From: Sinorhizobium meliloti
Lineage (GTDB): Bacteria > Pseudomonadota > Alphaproteobacteria > Rhizobiales > Rhizobiaceae
Direction: 5' to 3'
Length of the DNA: 32,000 nucleotides
Assembly: GCF_017876815.1 (NCBI RefSeq)
Contig: NZ_JAGIOS010000003.1
Span: forward strand, 810,001 to 842,000
Shown here: piece after piece, positions 1 to 9,535 of the stretch
Layout of the letters: every line of letters starts with the position of its first letter
Position numbering within the stretch: the stretch's first letter is position 1
Made by a program: the position numbers and the translations under genes
Notes under the pieces: model-generated
Told to the model about the DNA's origin: nothing
Seen by the model: only the letters and a program-made list of their open reading frames with translations
Database searches by the model: none

Positions 1-585
1 GTCGACGAACCTGGACCGGACCGCGCCGTCGTCTTCCAGAACCACTCGCTGCTGCCGTGGCTCACGGTCTACGAAAACGTCCGGCTGGCCGTCGACAAGG
101 TGTTTTCGAGAACCCGCAACAAGCAGGAACGCCATGAATGGACGATGCGCAACCTCGAGCTAGTGCAGATGGCGCATGCCGCCGAGAAGCACCCCTCAGA
201 GGTCTCCGGCGGCATGAAGCAGCGCGTCGGCATCGCCCGGGCGCTTGCCATGGAACCGAAGGTGCTGCTTCTCGACGAGCCCTTCGGGGCGCTCGACGCC
301 CTGACCCGCGCGCATCTGCAGGACCAGGTCATGCAGATTCACGCGACGCTCGGCAATACGGTGCTGATGATCACGCATGACGTCGACGAAGCGGTCCTGC
401 TTTCGGACCGCATCGTCATGATGACCAATGGACCCTCTGCACGAGTCGGTGAAATCCTCCACGTGCCGCTCGCGCGTCCGCGTCGTCGCATTGAGCTCGC
501 CTCCGAGCGAACTTACCTGACATGTCGCGAGTCGGTGCTGAAGTTCCTCTACGAACGCCACCGCTTCGTCGAAGCTGCAGAGTGA
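1..585 (+). CDS. ABC transporter ATP-binding protein, NitT/TauT (nitrate/sulfonate/taurine) type; 5' end outside window
   Basis: Frame 1 is open from base 1 (VDEPGPDRAVVFQNHSLLPWLTVYENV...). It contains the ABC signature SGGMKQR, Walker [12 protein letters not shown] and H-loop ITHD. Stop is TGA 583-585. Walker A must lie upstream of the window. Confidence 0.85.
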   Translation, partial: VDEPGPDRAVVFQNHSLLPWLTVYENVRLAVDKVFSRTRNKQERHEWTMRNLELVQMAHAAEKHPSEVSGGMKQRVGIARALAMEPKVLLLDEPFGALDALTRAHLQDQVMQIHATLGNTVLMITHDVDEAVLLSDRIVMMTNGPSARVGEILHVPLARPRRRIELASERTYLTCRESVLKFLYERHRFVEAAE

Positions 586-1021
586 TTATTCCGAACGGAA
601 CTCGATCTCGGTAAAGGCTCTCACCAGCGGCCATCTTCTACAGCTTGCGGTATCTTAGTTGTGTCGTCCCCTGCCCTGCAACGATCAACAGCGCGCGGCG
701 GTTTGGGTCAGTTTTGGGTGGCGAAGGCTTCCTTCCGGGCCCGATCGGACTGTTCCAGCCGCACCGCGTGCTTCGATGGAGCCATCAAAGGTGCGCTTGT
801 CGGCGCAACCAAACCTGAGCCGCGCAGCCGCCAGACGTCGGCTCTTCCAGCTCGCCGACGGCTTCGTTCGCGGTTAGGGCCGAGCTTATCCCTCGCCTTG
901 ACCGGGTCCGAACCATGGGCCACTTACATCTTCCGCACCAGCGCCGGTGGAGGTACCTTTGGTCCTGCGAACAAGCACGCGATTAGCGAGAATCTGGTTC
1001 GTTCTGCGCTGGCAATTCTGT

Positions 1022-3481
1022 CTAACGACAAAGTCGGTCGAGTGTTTCGCGAAGGGCGGTCACGGCCACCTCGCGCTCACCGGTCGACATGAGTTCCGGC
1101 TCCGCCTCGATCCTCAGATGGGGCAGCTCGGTTCGAATGGAACTGCAGCCCGTGGTCAGATTCGCCTTGAAGTCGACGACGCGATAAGTCGCGACTGGAT
1201 AGGCTATTCCCCTGATGCGGACACGGCCGGTCTCCTCGCAATGGATCAGGTCCTTCACCTGCGCGAAGGTCTCGTAGGAGATGAGCACTGAGCCGGGCGC
1301 GGCCTCCTCTTCAAGTCGGGCGGCGAGGTTCACGGCGCCGCCGATGATCGTATAGTCCATCCGGTCCTCGCTGCCGAAATTGCCGACCGTGCAGTAGTCA
1401 GTATGAATGCCGATCCGGCAGCGCAGTGGCATCTCTATACCGACGCTGCGCCAGGTTTCGCCGAGTTCACCCATCCGCTCCTGCATGGCGAGTGCCATCG
1501 AGACACAGGCGATCGCGTCCTCCCTAATGCCGCGTGTTTCGGGGTCGCCGAAGAACATTAATATGGCGTCGCCTACGTACTTATCGATCGTAGCCCCGAA
1601 GGACAGAGCAATCTTCGACATTTCCGTCAGATACTGATTGAGGAGCTGGGTCAGTTCCTCGGACTCCATCTTGTCGGTTGTTTCCGTGAATGCCGCAATG
1701 TCGGAGAAACAGATCGTCAGCTTCTTCCTCCGGCTTTCGATCCTAACGTCCTGTTTGCCGCTGAAGATCGAGTTATACACCTGCGGCGCGAGGTATTTGG
1801 CAAGCTTGGCGGAGAGCGCCTCGAGCGCAACTGATTTTTCGGAGAGGTCCTGCTCACGGCGCTTGAGCTCCGTGATGTCGGAATAGACCGCGACGGTGCC
1901 GCCGCCCGAAATCCGGCGTTCGCTGATCTGGATCCAGCGATCTGGACCGCGCTGCTGAAGGAGTGTTCCGGTCGGATTGCGATGTGCTTCGAGGCGCTCG
2001 GCGAGCCATTCTTGCTCCCGCCCGATCGCATCCTCTATCAAGCCACGCTCCGCTGCCGCGCGGATGATCGCCTCGAAATGGGTTCCGGAAACGACTGCGT
2101 CATCCATCCCCGGGTAAAGAATGTCGCGATATCGACTGTTGCAGACGAGAAGCCGATCTTCGCTGTCATAAAAGGCGAAGCCCTCCGATATGCTTTCAAT
2201 CGCGTCGATAAGGCGCTGGCGGGCTTCAGCCACAGTGCGCAGGTTCTTCTCCTCGACCTCGATCGCCGTATCGCGGAATACGCGAAGAGCCTTGGCCATA
2301 CGGCCGATCTCGTCGCCACGGGTCTGCGGTAACGGCACCCGAAGGTCGCCAGCGGCGATGGCAAGCATGCTATGGCTTAGGCCAGTAAGGCGTGCAAGAA
2401 GATTGCGGTCGACATAGAGCCAGACGATCAGGACCGAACTCAAGAGGCTCAGAAGGGCGGAGCCAAGCACGACCCCAGTACCATAGCGCCGAACCGTTGC
2501 GGCTTCCGAGCCCGCCTCGGCGATGTCGCCTTTGGCCGCCGCCACCAGGCGGTCCACGGCCAGAGTGAGCTTCCGCGACAGCTTATCGTTCTCCACCACT
2601 AACTTCTCGCCCTCTGCCACAACCGCGAGCTCTTCGTTACGCGCGTTCGGGATGCTTCTCTGGCCGTCGATCAGCGCCTCGAACTGGTCTACGAGCTGCT
2701 GAAAACGCTTGCGCAATTGCTCATCGAATTCGGGGGTCACCGACTCGAGCGTCTCGATCGAGCGCCGCAGGGGGAATGAAATCAGCGACAGGTCGCCTGG
2801 CGTCGGCGCGACAGCGGCCTGCAGAAGCGTGTCGTTGATTGCCGCGATCTCCCGCTGCGCGGTCTGCTGTGGGATGTAGGCGGCGATCGCTCGCGCCAGG
2901 TCTCTTGTGGCCGCGGCCTCTGCCTCTGGCGTCGTCACTGCATCGGCTGTGGCTGCCCGCCATCGCGGCACTTTGGAATTCATAACGAGAATACCGGGCG
3001 CGACGAGGCGCTGGCTAGCATTTGTCGTTGCCGACAGGCGACGCAGAAGTTCCTCCTTGCGTGCGACGGCAGCAAGGCGGACGGTGACGAGGTCGTCGAG
3101 AGCATGCAAGTTGCGCCTGAGCCCGACCACCGCGTCTTCGATCTCGCTGACCACCCCCGAGCTCAGTGTCGCTCCCTTTAGAGCCGCTAGTAGCTCTTCG
3201 AGTCGCGCCATCTCGCTGCCTATCGCGGCCGAGACCTCGCTGTGCCGGGCCCTACTGGTCGAAGCTAGGAAAGCCGGCGCGGTGGCGGCGACACGTTCAG
3301 CATGGCGGGAGAGTTCGAGGGACGCGAGCGCGGACGGGGCCCGGCGCTCCGTTACTCGTTCGAGCACCTGACTGAGCTCAAGAAAGGCATACAAGGCGCC
3401 TACGGTCGCAAGCACCGCAAAGGCGCTGATGCCGAAGAAAGCGAACAACAATCTGCCACGAACGCCGAGACGGTCAAACAT
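1022..3481 (-). CDS. Membrane-bound class III adenylate/guanylate cyclase with large periplasmic helical sensor, HAMP and PAS domains
   Basis: The ORF runs to TTG 3529. I prefer ATG 3481 (MFDRLG...), which has GGGGG 7 nt upstream. Domains: TM1 [23 protein letters not shown], about 300 aa of predicted periplasmic region, TM2 [25 protein letters not shown] ([25 protein letters not shown]), PAS ([21 protein letters not shown]). Cyclase core: [57 protein letters not shown]. Confidence 0.9.
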   Translation of the reverse strand: MFDRLGVRGRLLFAFFGISAFAVLATVGALYAFLELSQVLERVTERRAPSALASLELSRHAERVAATAPAFLASTSRARHSEVSAAIGSEMARLEELLAALKGATLSSGVVSEIEDAVVGLRRNLHALDDLVTVRLAAVARKEELLRRLSATTNASQRLVAPGILVMNSKVPRWRAATADAVTTPEAEAAATRDLARAIAAYIPQQTAQREIAAINDTLLQAAVAPTPGDLSLISFPLRRSIETLESVTPEFDEQLRKRFQQLVDQFEALIDGQRSIPNARNEELAVVAEGEKLVVENDKLSRKLTLAVDRLVAAAKGDIAEAGSEAATVRRYGTGVVLGSALLSLLSSVLIVWLYVDRNLLARLTGLSHSMLAIAAGDLRVPLPQTRGDEIGRMAKALRVFRDTAIEVEEKNLRTVAEARQRLIDAIESISEGFAFYDSEDRLLVCNSRYRDILYPGMDDAVVSGTHFEAIIRAAAERGLIEDAIGREQEWLAERLEAHRNPTGTLLQQRGPDRWIQISERRISGGGTVAVYSDITELKRREQDLSEKSVALEALSAKLAKYLAPQVYNSIFSGKQDVRIESRRKKLTICFSDIAAFTETTDKMESEELTQLLNQYLTEMSKIALSFGATIDKYVGDAILMFFGDPETRGIREDAIACVSMALAMQERMGELGETWRSVGIEMPLRCRIGIHTDYCTVGNFGSEDRMDYTIIGGAVNLAARLEEEAAPGSVLISYETFAQVKDLIHCEETGRVRIRGIAYPVATYRVVDFKANLTTGCSSIRTELPHLRIEAEPELMSTGEREVAVTALRETLDRLCR

Positions 3482-3671
3482 CGCGGCACCCCCTAGCTTC
3501 CGGCTGAAGGCGGCCAACATGGTCCGCAAGGAACTCTTCTCATAAGGCGAGCTGCTGCGATCAGCGCCTACAGCGCCGTCGTGTCTTCGGACGCACCGAT
3601 CTCGCCGTAGCTTCTTCAGTTGCTACATGTTTTTTACCCTTTGATCGGCTCCAATTAGGCAAACCTGCGGG

Positions 3672-4763
3672 TTACTCAACAGGCACGTACTCGCCACTTT
3701 TCCAAACATACCATACCCAGCTTTGGACTGTGAGATCGCCCTTCTTATCAAAGTCGATCCGGCCCAGCACCGTATCGAATTGGTCTTCGCGCAGCGCCGC
3801 TATCACCGCCTGAAGGTCAAGCGAGTTCGCCTTCGTGACCGCTTGAGCCCAGATCTCGGCAGCGCCGTAGCTGTGGAGCGTCCAGGAATCCGGCTCGAAG
3901 TTTTCAGCCCTAAAGCGCTCGACGACCTCCGCGGCCTCAGCATTTCGACGCGGGTCGGCGACAAAGGTGAAGAGCGTCCCCTCGGCGGCAGGGCCGGCAA
4001 TAAGGCCAAATGCCTCGGTCGCGGTGTCGTCGCCCGAGATAAGCTGGACCGGGTAGGCGCGGTCGCGCGCGGCGCGGACCATAAGGGCTGCCTCCGTATG
4101 ATAACCCCCAAGATAAAGCACCGCGATATGTGCCGTCTGCAACGCGGCGACCTCAACCGAGTAATCGTCCTTTCCGGGCGTGTAGCTTTGATAAACCGCT
4201 TCGGTCACGCCCCGCTTGTTGAGTTGCTTCTTCGTCTCGTCGGCAAGTCCCTTCCCATAGGTCGTGTTGTCGTGAAGGATCGCAATCTTGCTGTCGCCCC
4301 AGTGGTCCGCCAGATAGTTGCCGGCCTTGTGGCCCTGGGCATCGTCGCGACTGCAGACGCGGAAGACATTGGCGTGCCCTTGCTCAGTCAACATCGGATT
4401 GGTCGAGGACGGCGAAATCTGCAGAACGCCAGCGGCCGCATAGATCTTCGATGCAGGGATGGAGGCTCCGGAGCAGTAATGCCCGATGACGAAGACTGCA
4501 CCGTCTGCGACCAGCTTCTCGGCGGCCGCAAGCGCCTGCCGAGGATCGCAGAAGTCGTCGGCCACGATCAGCCGAACCTGCTGGCCGAGCACACCGCCTG
4601 CGGCATTGATATTGGCAACGGCCATCTCCGCACCGCGCCTAAGCTGGGTGCCGGTCCAGGCGAGCTTACCGCTCATCGGGCCAGCGACGCCGATCAGGAC
4701 TTCCGCCTCACTCTGGGATGCAAGCGCGAATGCAAGTGCAGCAGCGGCGAAAAGATGGCGCAT
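3672..4763 (-). CDS. Periplasmic branched-chain amino acid/amide-type (LivJ/LivK, PBP type 1) substrate-binding protein; orphan
   Basis: Sec signal MRHLFAAAALAFALASQSEA, then a LivJ-like pattern (IGVAGPMSGK, GGVLGQQV, VIGHYCSGASIPAS). A G-rich SD precedes ATG 4763. No liv-type permease or ATPase genes are adjacent. Confidence 0.85.
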   Translation of the reverse strand: MRHLFAAAALAFALASQSEAEVLIGVAGPMSGKLAWTGTQLRRGAEMAVANINAAGGVLGQQVRLIVADDFCDPRQALAAAEKLVADGAVFVIGHYCSGASIPASKIYAAAGVLQISPSSTNPMLTEQGHANVFRVCSRDDAQGHKAGNYLADHWGDSKIAILHDNTTYGKGLADETKKQLNKRGVTEAVYQSYTPGKDDYSVEVAALQTAHIAVLYLGGYHTEAALMVRAARDRAYPVQLISGDDTATEAFGLIAGPAAEGTLFTFVADPRRNAEAAEVVERFRAENFEPDSWTLHSYGAAEIWAQAVTKANSLDLQAVIAALREDQFDTVLGRIDFDKKGDLTVQSWVWYVWKSGEYVPVE

Positions 4764-5018
4764 GGAGGCCCCTCCCCGTTTGCATTTTACTCTTTACGGA
4801 TGGGGACCGCCACCGTGCATGACGGCAGTGGTCAAGCGAAGTGGGTCGCAGGATCCGGCTCTTGGCCGATAAGCGTGCTCCAACGGCTTAAGGGCGGCGG
4901 CTCGGGTATGTGCGTTGTCGGCGCTTTCGGCACCGGCGCCGACAACGCGCCGGAGCTCCACGAGCAAACCGCTGTTCCAGGCGATACATTATGCGATCCT
5001 TCTGTAACGGGCGGTACA

Positions 5019-6120
5019 TTCTATTTCCAAGTGCGACATGCCAATAAAAACAAAGGCTTCGCCTTGGAGATTTTTGGATGTCGCTTTGCTATTCGCAACT
5101 CACCCTTTCCGATCGACGACGTTTGCATCAGCTCGTGGAACGCAAAGTTCCTGTCGGTGAGATCGCCCGCCAACTCGGTCGGCATCGATCGACGATCTAT
5201 CGTGAACTGAAGCGCAATACCTTTCATGATGCCGAGTTTCCGGAATACAGCGGCTATTACAGCGGTATCGCCAACGACATCTCGAAGGAGCGTCGGCGAC
5301 GGCTGCGCAAGCTCAGCCGCCACCCGCAATTGCGCGAACTGGTCATCGAGCAGCTGAAGGCACTTTGGTCGCCGGAGCAGATCGCCGGCCGTCTGCTTGC
5401 CGATGGTGTGAGCGCCGTCCGCGTCTGCACCGAGACGATCTATCGCTTCATCTATAGCAAGGAAGATTATGCGCTGGAGCTCTATCAGCATCTGCCGGAA
5501 GGCCGTCGTAAGCGCCGCCCACGCCGCTCCCGCAAACCCCGTGACGGCTCGATCCCGTTGGACTGCAGGATCAGCCAACGCCCTGATTTCATTGCCGATC
5601 GCTCTCAGTTCGGCCACTGGGAGGGTGATCTCCTGATCTTCCGGCGCGACCTTGGTGAAGCCAATGTCACCTCGCTGGTCGAGCGCAAGAGCCGCTACAC
5701 GGTGATGATCAAGAATGGCAGCCGTCACTCTCGTCCGCTCATCGACAAGATCATCGATGCCTTCTCACCGCTACCCGCCTTTGCCCGGCAGAGCTTCACC
5801 TTCGACCGTGGTACCGAGTTTCGCGGTTTCAAGGCTTTGGAAGATGGACTCGGCGCCAGGAGCTGGTTTTGCGATCCGAATTCACCGTGGCAGAAAGGCG
5901 CGGTCGAGAACACCAACAAGCGCATCCGTCGCTTTGTGCCGAGCGATACGGACCTGTCCGCCGTCAACCAGCCGCAACTGGTCGCCCTCGCCCACCATCT
6001 CAATTCACTGCCCAGGAAATGCCTTGGTTACCGCACGCCCGCCGAGGTCTTCATGGCCCATTTGCGCGATTGCGGGTAATCCCCTACCCTCCACCCGTCA
6101 TTGTTGCACTTGGATTAGAT
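5019..6120 (+). mobile_element. IS30-family insertion sequence (about 1.1 kb), apparently intact
   Basis: Imperfect terminal inverted repeats. Left 5019-5040 is TTCTATTTCCAAGTGCGACATG; the reverse complement of right 6099-6120 is ATCTAATCCAAGTGCAACAATG. They share the core TCCAAGTGC. The element encloses one transposase ORF. Ends are uncertain by a few bp and no target duplication could be called. Confidence 0.75.
5078..6079 (+). CDS. IS30-family DDE transposase
   Basis: 333 aa. N-terminal HTH (VPVGEIARQLGRHRSTIYRELKRN). IS30-type catalytic region (HWEGDL, FDRGTEF, PWQKGAVENTNKRIRRF, LNSLPRKCLGYRTPAEVF). Confidence 0.92.
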   Translation: MSLCYSQLTLSDRRRLHQLVERKVPVGEIARQLGRHRSTIYRELKRNTFHDAEFPEYSGYYSGIANDISKERRRRLRKLSRHPQLRELVIEQLKALWSPEQIAGRLLADGVSAVRVCTETIYRFIYSKEDYALELYQHLPEGRRKRRPRRSRKPRDGSIPLDCRISQRPDFIADRSQFGHWEGDLLIFRRDLGEANVTSLVERKSRYTVMIKNGSRHSRPLIDKIIDAFSPLPAFARQSFTFDRGTEFRGFKALEDGLGARSWFCDPNSPWQKGAVENTNKRIRRFVPSDTDLSAVNQPQLVALAHHLNSLPRKCLGYRTPAEVFMAHLRDCG

Positions 6121-6483
6121 TCTCCAGGCGTTGCGTCAATCCGAAGTGCGGCCCCACCGCGCGGGATGAGCGGAAGCGCTCCGGCGCATCGACGGCCGCC
6201 ACAAACGTCAGCGCCACCAGGACGCCAACGCTGGGCGTCGTCATCAGCCGCTGTGCGTTCTCATCCTGGCGGGCGATGGCGCGCAGCTTGCGCTCAAAGC
6301 CTGCAAATTCATTCACAAGCGCGTGGCGCACCTTCAATAGTGCCGTCCCGATCGCCTCCAGGGTCGAATGGCCGGCAATCAGTTCGCGGATGCGCCCCGC
6401 GTAAGTGCGTCGCGTCGTCGCCCTGCCTTCAGGCCGAAGCCGCGCAGGATGCCCCGGAGGCTCATCTCGATATCGTGAAGCTT
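6121..6483 (-). pseudogene. IS110-family transposase remnant (internal fragment, frameshifted, abutted by the IS30 element)
   Basis: Two minus-strand pieces lie in different frames: KLHDIEMSLRGILRGFGLKAG (6382-6483) and LKVRHALVNEFAGFERKLRAIARQDENAQRLMTTPSVGVLVALTFVAAVDAPERFRSSRAVGPHFGLT (6134-6337). These match central and C-terminal motifs of rhizobial IS110-family transposases as I remember them. There is no N-terminal catalytic part. The frame runs directly into the IS30 right end. Weak similarity may extend to about 6560. Confidence 0.65.
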
Positions 6484-6937
6484 AGTATTCCAGTGATACG
6501 TCGATGCCGGCATAACTGCTTCATGGTCGTCTCTCCGTGCTGCTATGGAGCAGGCCACTCCTAACTCCGCGACAACCATCATTGTGAGGGACGACCACCG
6601 CGCCTTCAAACCTGGCGGGCCGGGTTCCGCCCGTTACACCATCTTTTCAGCGAGAAGCGTGACAATCCTCGCAACAATTCCTGCACACGCCTCGTGAAGA
6701 ACTGAAGAACGGCTGCCTTCGACCCAAGGAGATCTCGCCGCCAGCATCTGCAATTTCCGGTGAATGGCGCAAGCCGGACATGTCACGTGACCAAATTTCC
6801 CGCGGCCAGTCTCCATTCGCCCCCGCTTTTGACTTCCCTGCATACCTCTGTGAGGCTTGCGGGCTCACGTGTATGAGCAACGGACACGCGCATGGAATCG
6901 ACCATGGTCGCGTCAGCCCATTAGAGGGTGCCGGAAA

Positions 6938-7939
6938 GTGAGCAAACCGAGTTATCGCGACATCGCCCGCCATGCGGGCGTAGGGACCGCAACGGTCGAG
7001 CGTGTCCTGAACGGGCGCGGAGGTGTTCGCCCGGAACTGGTCGAGAAGGTGGTCGTTGCCGCGCGCGCACTGAACTACCCGCGCACGCTTCCCGACGCCC
7101 ATCGAGGATTGCTGCGCATCGAAGTGCTGCTGGTCCGCCCCGAGACGACCTTCTATCGGCGGCTTTCCAAGGCGTTCGAAAGAATTGCCGACACCCTCGA
7201 TCCTTTGGTGGTCGTACACCGCAGCTTCGCCGAAGAGATGAAGCCGGAAGAGATCGCAAGGCGGATCCTGTCCGCGGAGCTCACGCGCGCCGGTCTGATC
7301 CTTGCCGTACCCAGCAGTCCGGTGATCAGCGCGGCCGTGGAGGCGGTCGTCGAGAGAGGCCTGCCAGTCGTCCATGTCGTGACCCGAGCCTCCGTAGACA
7401 AGGGGGAGTTCGTCGGCATCGACAACTACGCGGCCGGGCGGACTGCGGCTCACTTCATCGCCCGCATGGCGCGGGCAGAGGGGCCGGCCGTTGGCCTATG
7501 CCATCCTATCTATCAGGTACACCGCGATCGCATCCGGGGGTTCTCCGACTACTTTCGCGACAACCCCGGTCCCATTGCCTTCAAATGGCTCGGCTTCACT
7601 CGCGACGAAGAACACTACAGCGCCGAAACCCTGTCCACTGCACTTGAAATCTATCCGAACCTGGTCGGTCTCTATAATGCGGGCGGCGCGAACTCCGCTC
7701 TGATCGATGTACTTCGGCGTCATCGGCGCGGCCGGGATGTACTGTTCGTCGGGCACGAAATGACCGAATATACGCGCGCCGCCCTGCGCGAGGGCATTAT
7801 GGATGTCGTCTTGGATCAAGCGCCCGAGGCCCAGGCCCAGCGTGCGCTCGATCTGATCCTGCGTCGCATCGGCTTGACGGCGATCGAACCGGATTACGCC
7901 CCCATTCGCTTCATCACCATCACGCCCGAAGGCCTTTGA
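6938..7939 (+). CDS. LacI/GalR-family transcriptional regulator
   Basis: GTG 6938 gives VSKPSYRDIARHAGVGTATVERVLNGRGGVRPELVEKVVVAARALNY (LacI HTH), followed by a PBP-type-1 effector domain. The ORF-track start at 6857 would add 27 non-conserved residues. Confidence 0.88.
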   Translation: MSKPSYRDIARHAGVGTATVERVLNGRGGVRPELVEKVVVAARALNYPRTLPDAHRGLLRIEVLLVRPETTFYRRLSKAFERIADTLDPLVVVHRSFAEEMKPEEIARRILSAELTRAGLILAVPSSPVISAAVEAVVERGLPVVHVVTRASVDKGEFVGIDNYAAGRTAAHFIARMARAEGPAVGLCHPIYQVHRDRIRGFSDYFRDNPGPIAFKWLGFTRDEEHYSAETLSTALEIYPNLVGLYNAGGANSALIDVLRRHRRGRDVLFVGHEMTEYTRAALREGIMDVVLDQAPEAQAQRALDLILRRIGLTAIEPDYAPIRFITITPEGL

Positions 7940-7955
7940 TCTAATTAGATCAAAG
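7934..7955. promoter_or_regulatory. Perfect 22-bp palindrome CTTTGATCTAATTAGATCAAAG; candidate operator for the adjacent LacI-type regulator
   Basis: Read directly: the sequence equals its own reverse complement. It overlaps the lacI-family stop codon (7937-7939) and lies 164 bp upstream of the oxygenase gene start. It is AT-rich in a GC-rich context. Confidence 0.45.
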
Positions 7956-8118
7956 AAGGTCTCGAAGCTTGGAAGGCCTCCTGCTAACTTCGCGGCAAGG
8001 AGGAGAGCCTGAGCTGCAAGAGCAGCGCACCGGATCACGGCGCGACTGCATCGCTCCTTCCACCGTAAAAATTCGAACGGGCGCGGGACCTTCAATCCAC
8101 CGCCCGAAGGAGAGCGCT

Positions 8119-9153
8119 ATGGACGATCTCAAATATGGAACGCGCAACAAGCGCGGTGACTGGGCGCCGAACCAGCCGGTCGAAACCGCCCCCCTATTCG
8201 CCTTTCCGCCGCGCCTCAAGGCAGTCCTAAAGTGGCTGCCGCACTACTTCTTTCCCTGGAACATGATCTTTGCGGCCTCGGCAGTGGCCTACTGGGCCTG
8301 GGTGATCCCGCCGGTGGAAAGGCTGCAGACACTCGGCATCGAGTGGATCGCGTGGCTTTACGTGGTGAACGCGATCTCGGTGTTTCTATTCTACGGCGCT
8401 TTCGAGCTGCATCTCTATGTCTTGAAACGGCAGGAAAACCGCTTCAAGTACAACGGCAGGTTCCCGGCCGATCAGAAAAGCAAGGCATTCTGGTTCGAAA
8501 GCCAGAACTTCGACAACATCCTGCGTACATTCCTCTCGGGCGTGACCATCTGGACCGCAGTCGAGGTCGCCATGCTGTGGGCCTATGCCAAGGGTTATGC
8601 GCCCTGGCTCGACTTTGCGGAAAATCCCTGGACGCTCGCGTTGGTCGCGCTGGTGGTTCCGATCATCCACGAGTTCCATTTCTTCTGCATTCACCGGTTC
8701 ATCCACACCCCTTTGCTCTACAAGTGGGTGCATTCGGTCCATCACAATTCAGTCAACCCTTCGCCCTGGTCCTCGCTATCGATGCATCCGGTCGAGCATC
8801 TGCTCTATTTCGGAACGGCCTTCTATCACCTGATCCTGCCCTCCAATCCGGTGCTGATGCTCTATCAGCTTCATTACGCGGGCTTCGGGGCCATTCCCGG
8901 CCATGTCGGCTTCGACAAGGTGGAGATCGGCGAGGATAAACTGGTCGATAGCCACGCCTATGCTCACTACCTGCACCACAAGTATTTTGAGGTGAACTAC
9001 GGCGATACCTTGATCCCGCTCGATAAGTGGTTCGGCACCTGGCACGACGGCTCCGCGGAGGGCGAGGCGCGGATGCAGGAACGCTACCGCAGGAGGAAGG
9101 AAAAACTCGCGGTCCGCAAGGCGCGCGTCGGAATCGGGGAGGCTGCCGAATGA
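8119..9153 (+). CDS. Integral-membrane di-iron oxygenase of the fatty acid hydroxylase/sterol desaturase superfamily (MocD-like)
   Basis: ATG 8119 is preceded by AAGGAGAG. Several hydrophobic helices. His boxes HEFHFFCIH, HSVHH, HPVEH and HYLHH. Its stop overlaps the next start (ATGA at 9150-9153). Confidence 0.8.
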   Translation: MDDLKYGTRNKRGDWAPNQPVETAPLFAFPPRLKAVLKWLPHYFFPWNMIFAASAVAYWAWVIPPVERLQTLGIEWIAWLYVVNAISVFLFYGAFELHLYVLKRQENRFKYNGRFPADQKSKAFWFESQNFDNILRTFLSGVTIWTAVEVAMLWAYAKGYAPWLDFAENPWTLALVALVVPIIHEFHFFCIHRFIHTPLLYKWVHSVHHNSVNPSPWSSLSMHPVEHLLYFGTAFYHLILPSNPVLMLYQLHYAGFGAIPGHVGFDKVEIGEDKLVDSHAYAHYLHHKYFEVNYGDTLIPLDKWFGTWHDGSAEGEARMQERYRRRKEKLAVRKARVGIGEAAE

Positions 9154-9461
9154 CCTGGGTTTCAGCCTGCAAGCTTGACGATATCGAACAGGAAGGGGCC
9201 ATCCGCTTCGACCACGGCGGACGCACCTACGCGATCTATCGCGGGCCGGACGACAGCGTTTACTGCACCGCAGGGCTCTGCACGCACGAGGCGATCCATC
9301 TCGCGGACGGACTGGTCATGGATTTCGAGGTGGAATGTCCCAAGCATTCCGGCGCCTTCGATTATCGCACGGGCGAGGCCATCCGGCTTCCCGCCTGTGA
9401 GAACCTGAAAACCTATCCGGCGGAAGTGGTCGACGGAGAGGTGCGCGTGGCTCTGGCCTAG
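9150..9461 (+). CDS. Small Rieske [2Fe-2S] ferredoxin (MocE-like)
   Basis: 103 aa. Rieske ligands C-x-H (GLCTHEAIH) and C-x-x-H (VECPKHSGAFDYRTGE). Translationally coupled to the upstream oxygenase gene. Confidence 0.85.
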   Translation: MTWVSACKLDDIEQEGAIRFDHGGRTYAIYRGPDDSVYCTAGLCTHEAIHLADGLVMDFEVECPKHSGAFDYRTGEAIRLPACENLKTYPAEVVDGEVRVALA

Positions 9462-9535
9462 GCCACCAACATCAAGCTGGCCAGGTGGGCCTCCGGGATC
9501 GAAGTGGGTGGCCCGGCACCCGATGGGAGGATGAG

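Noticed and set aside
586-1021. Several 70-140-aa ORFs on both strands between the convergent ABC ATPase and cyclase genes, including a faint ..VWRLRGSG.. RelE/ParE-like string
   Set aside because: No start/SD context, and composition is arginine/alanine-rich as expected from GC bias. The toxin-like resemblance is limited to a few residues.
4790-5018. Possible C-terminal continuation of the IS110 transposase on the left side of the IS30 element
   Set aside because: Minus-strand translations give only faint resemblances (..LKPLEHAYRPRAG.., ..AVMHG..) with stops and no convincing alignment to the expected ..RYQSGE..ISK.GD.. motifs. Similarity is far weaker than on the right side, so I do not call it.
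3723-5210. 495-aa plus-strand ORF
   Set aside because: It lies antisense to the well-supported LivJ-type gene, is rich in Arg/Gly/Ala with no recognisable motif, and runs on across the IS30 left end. This is a typical shadow ORF of high-GC DNA.
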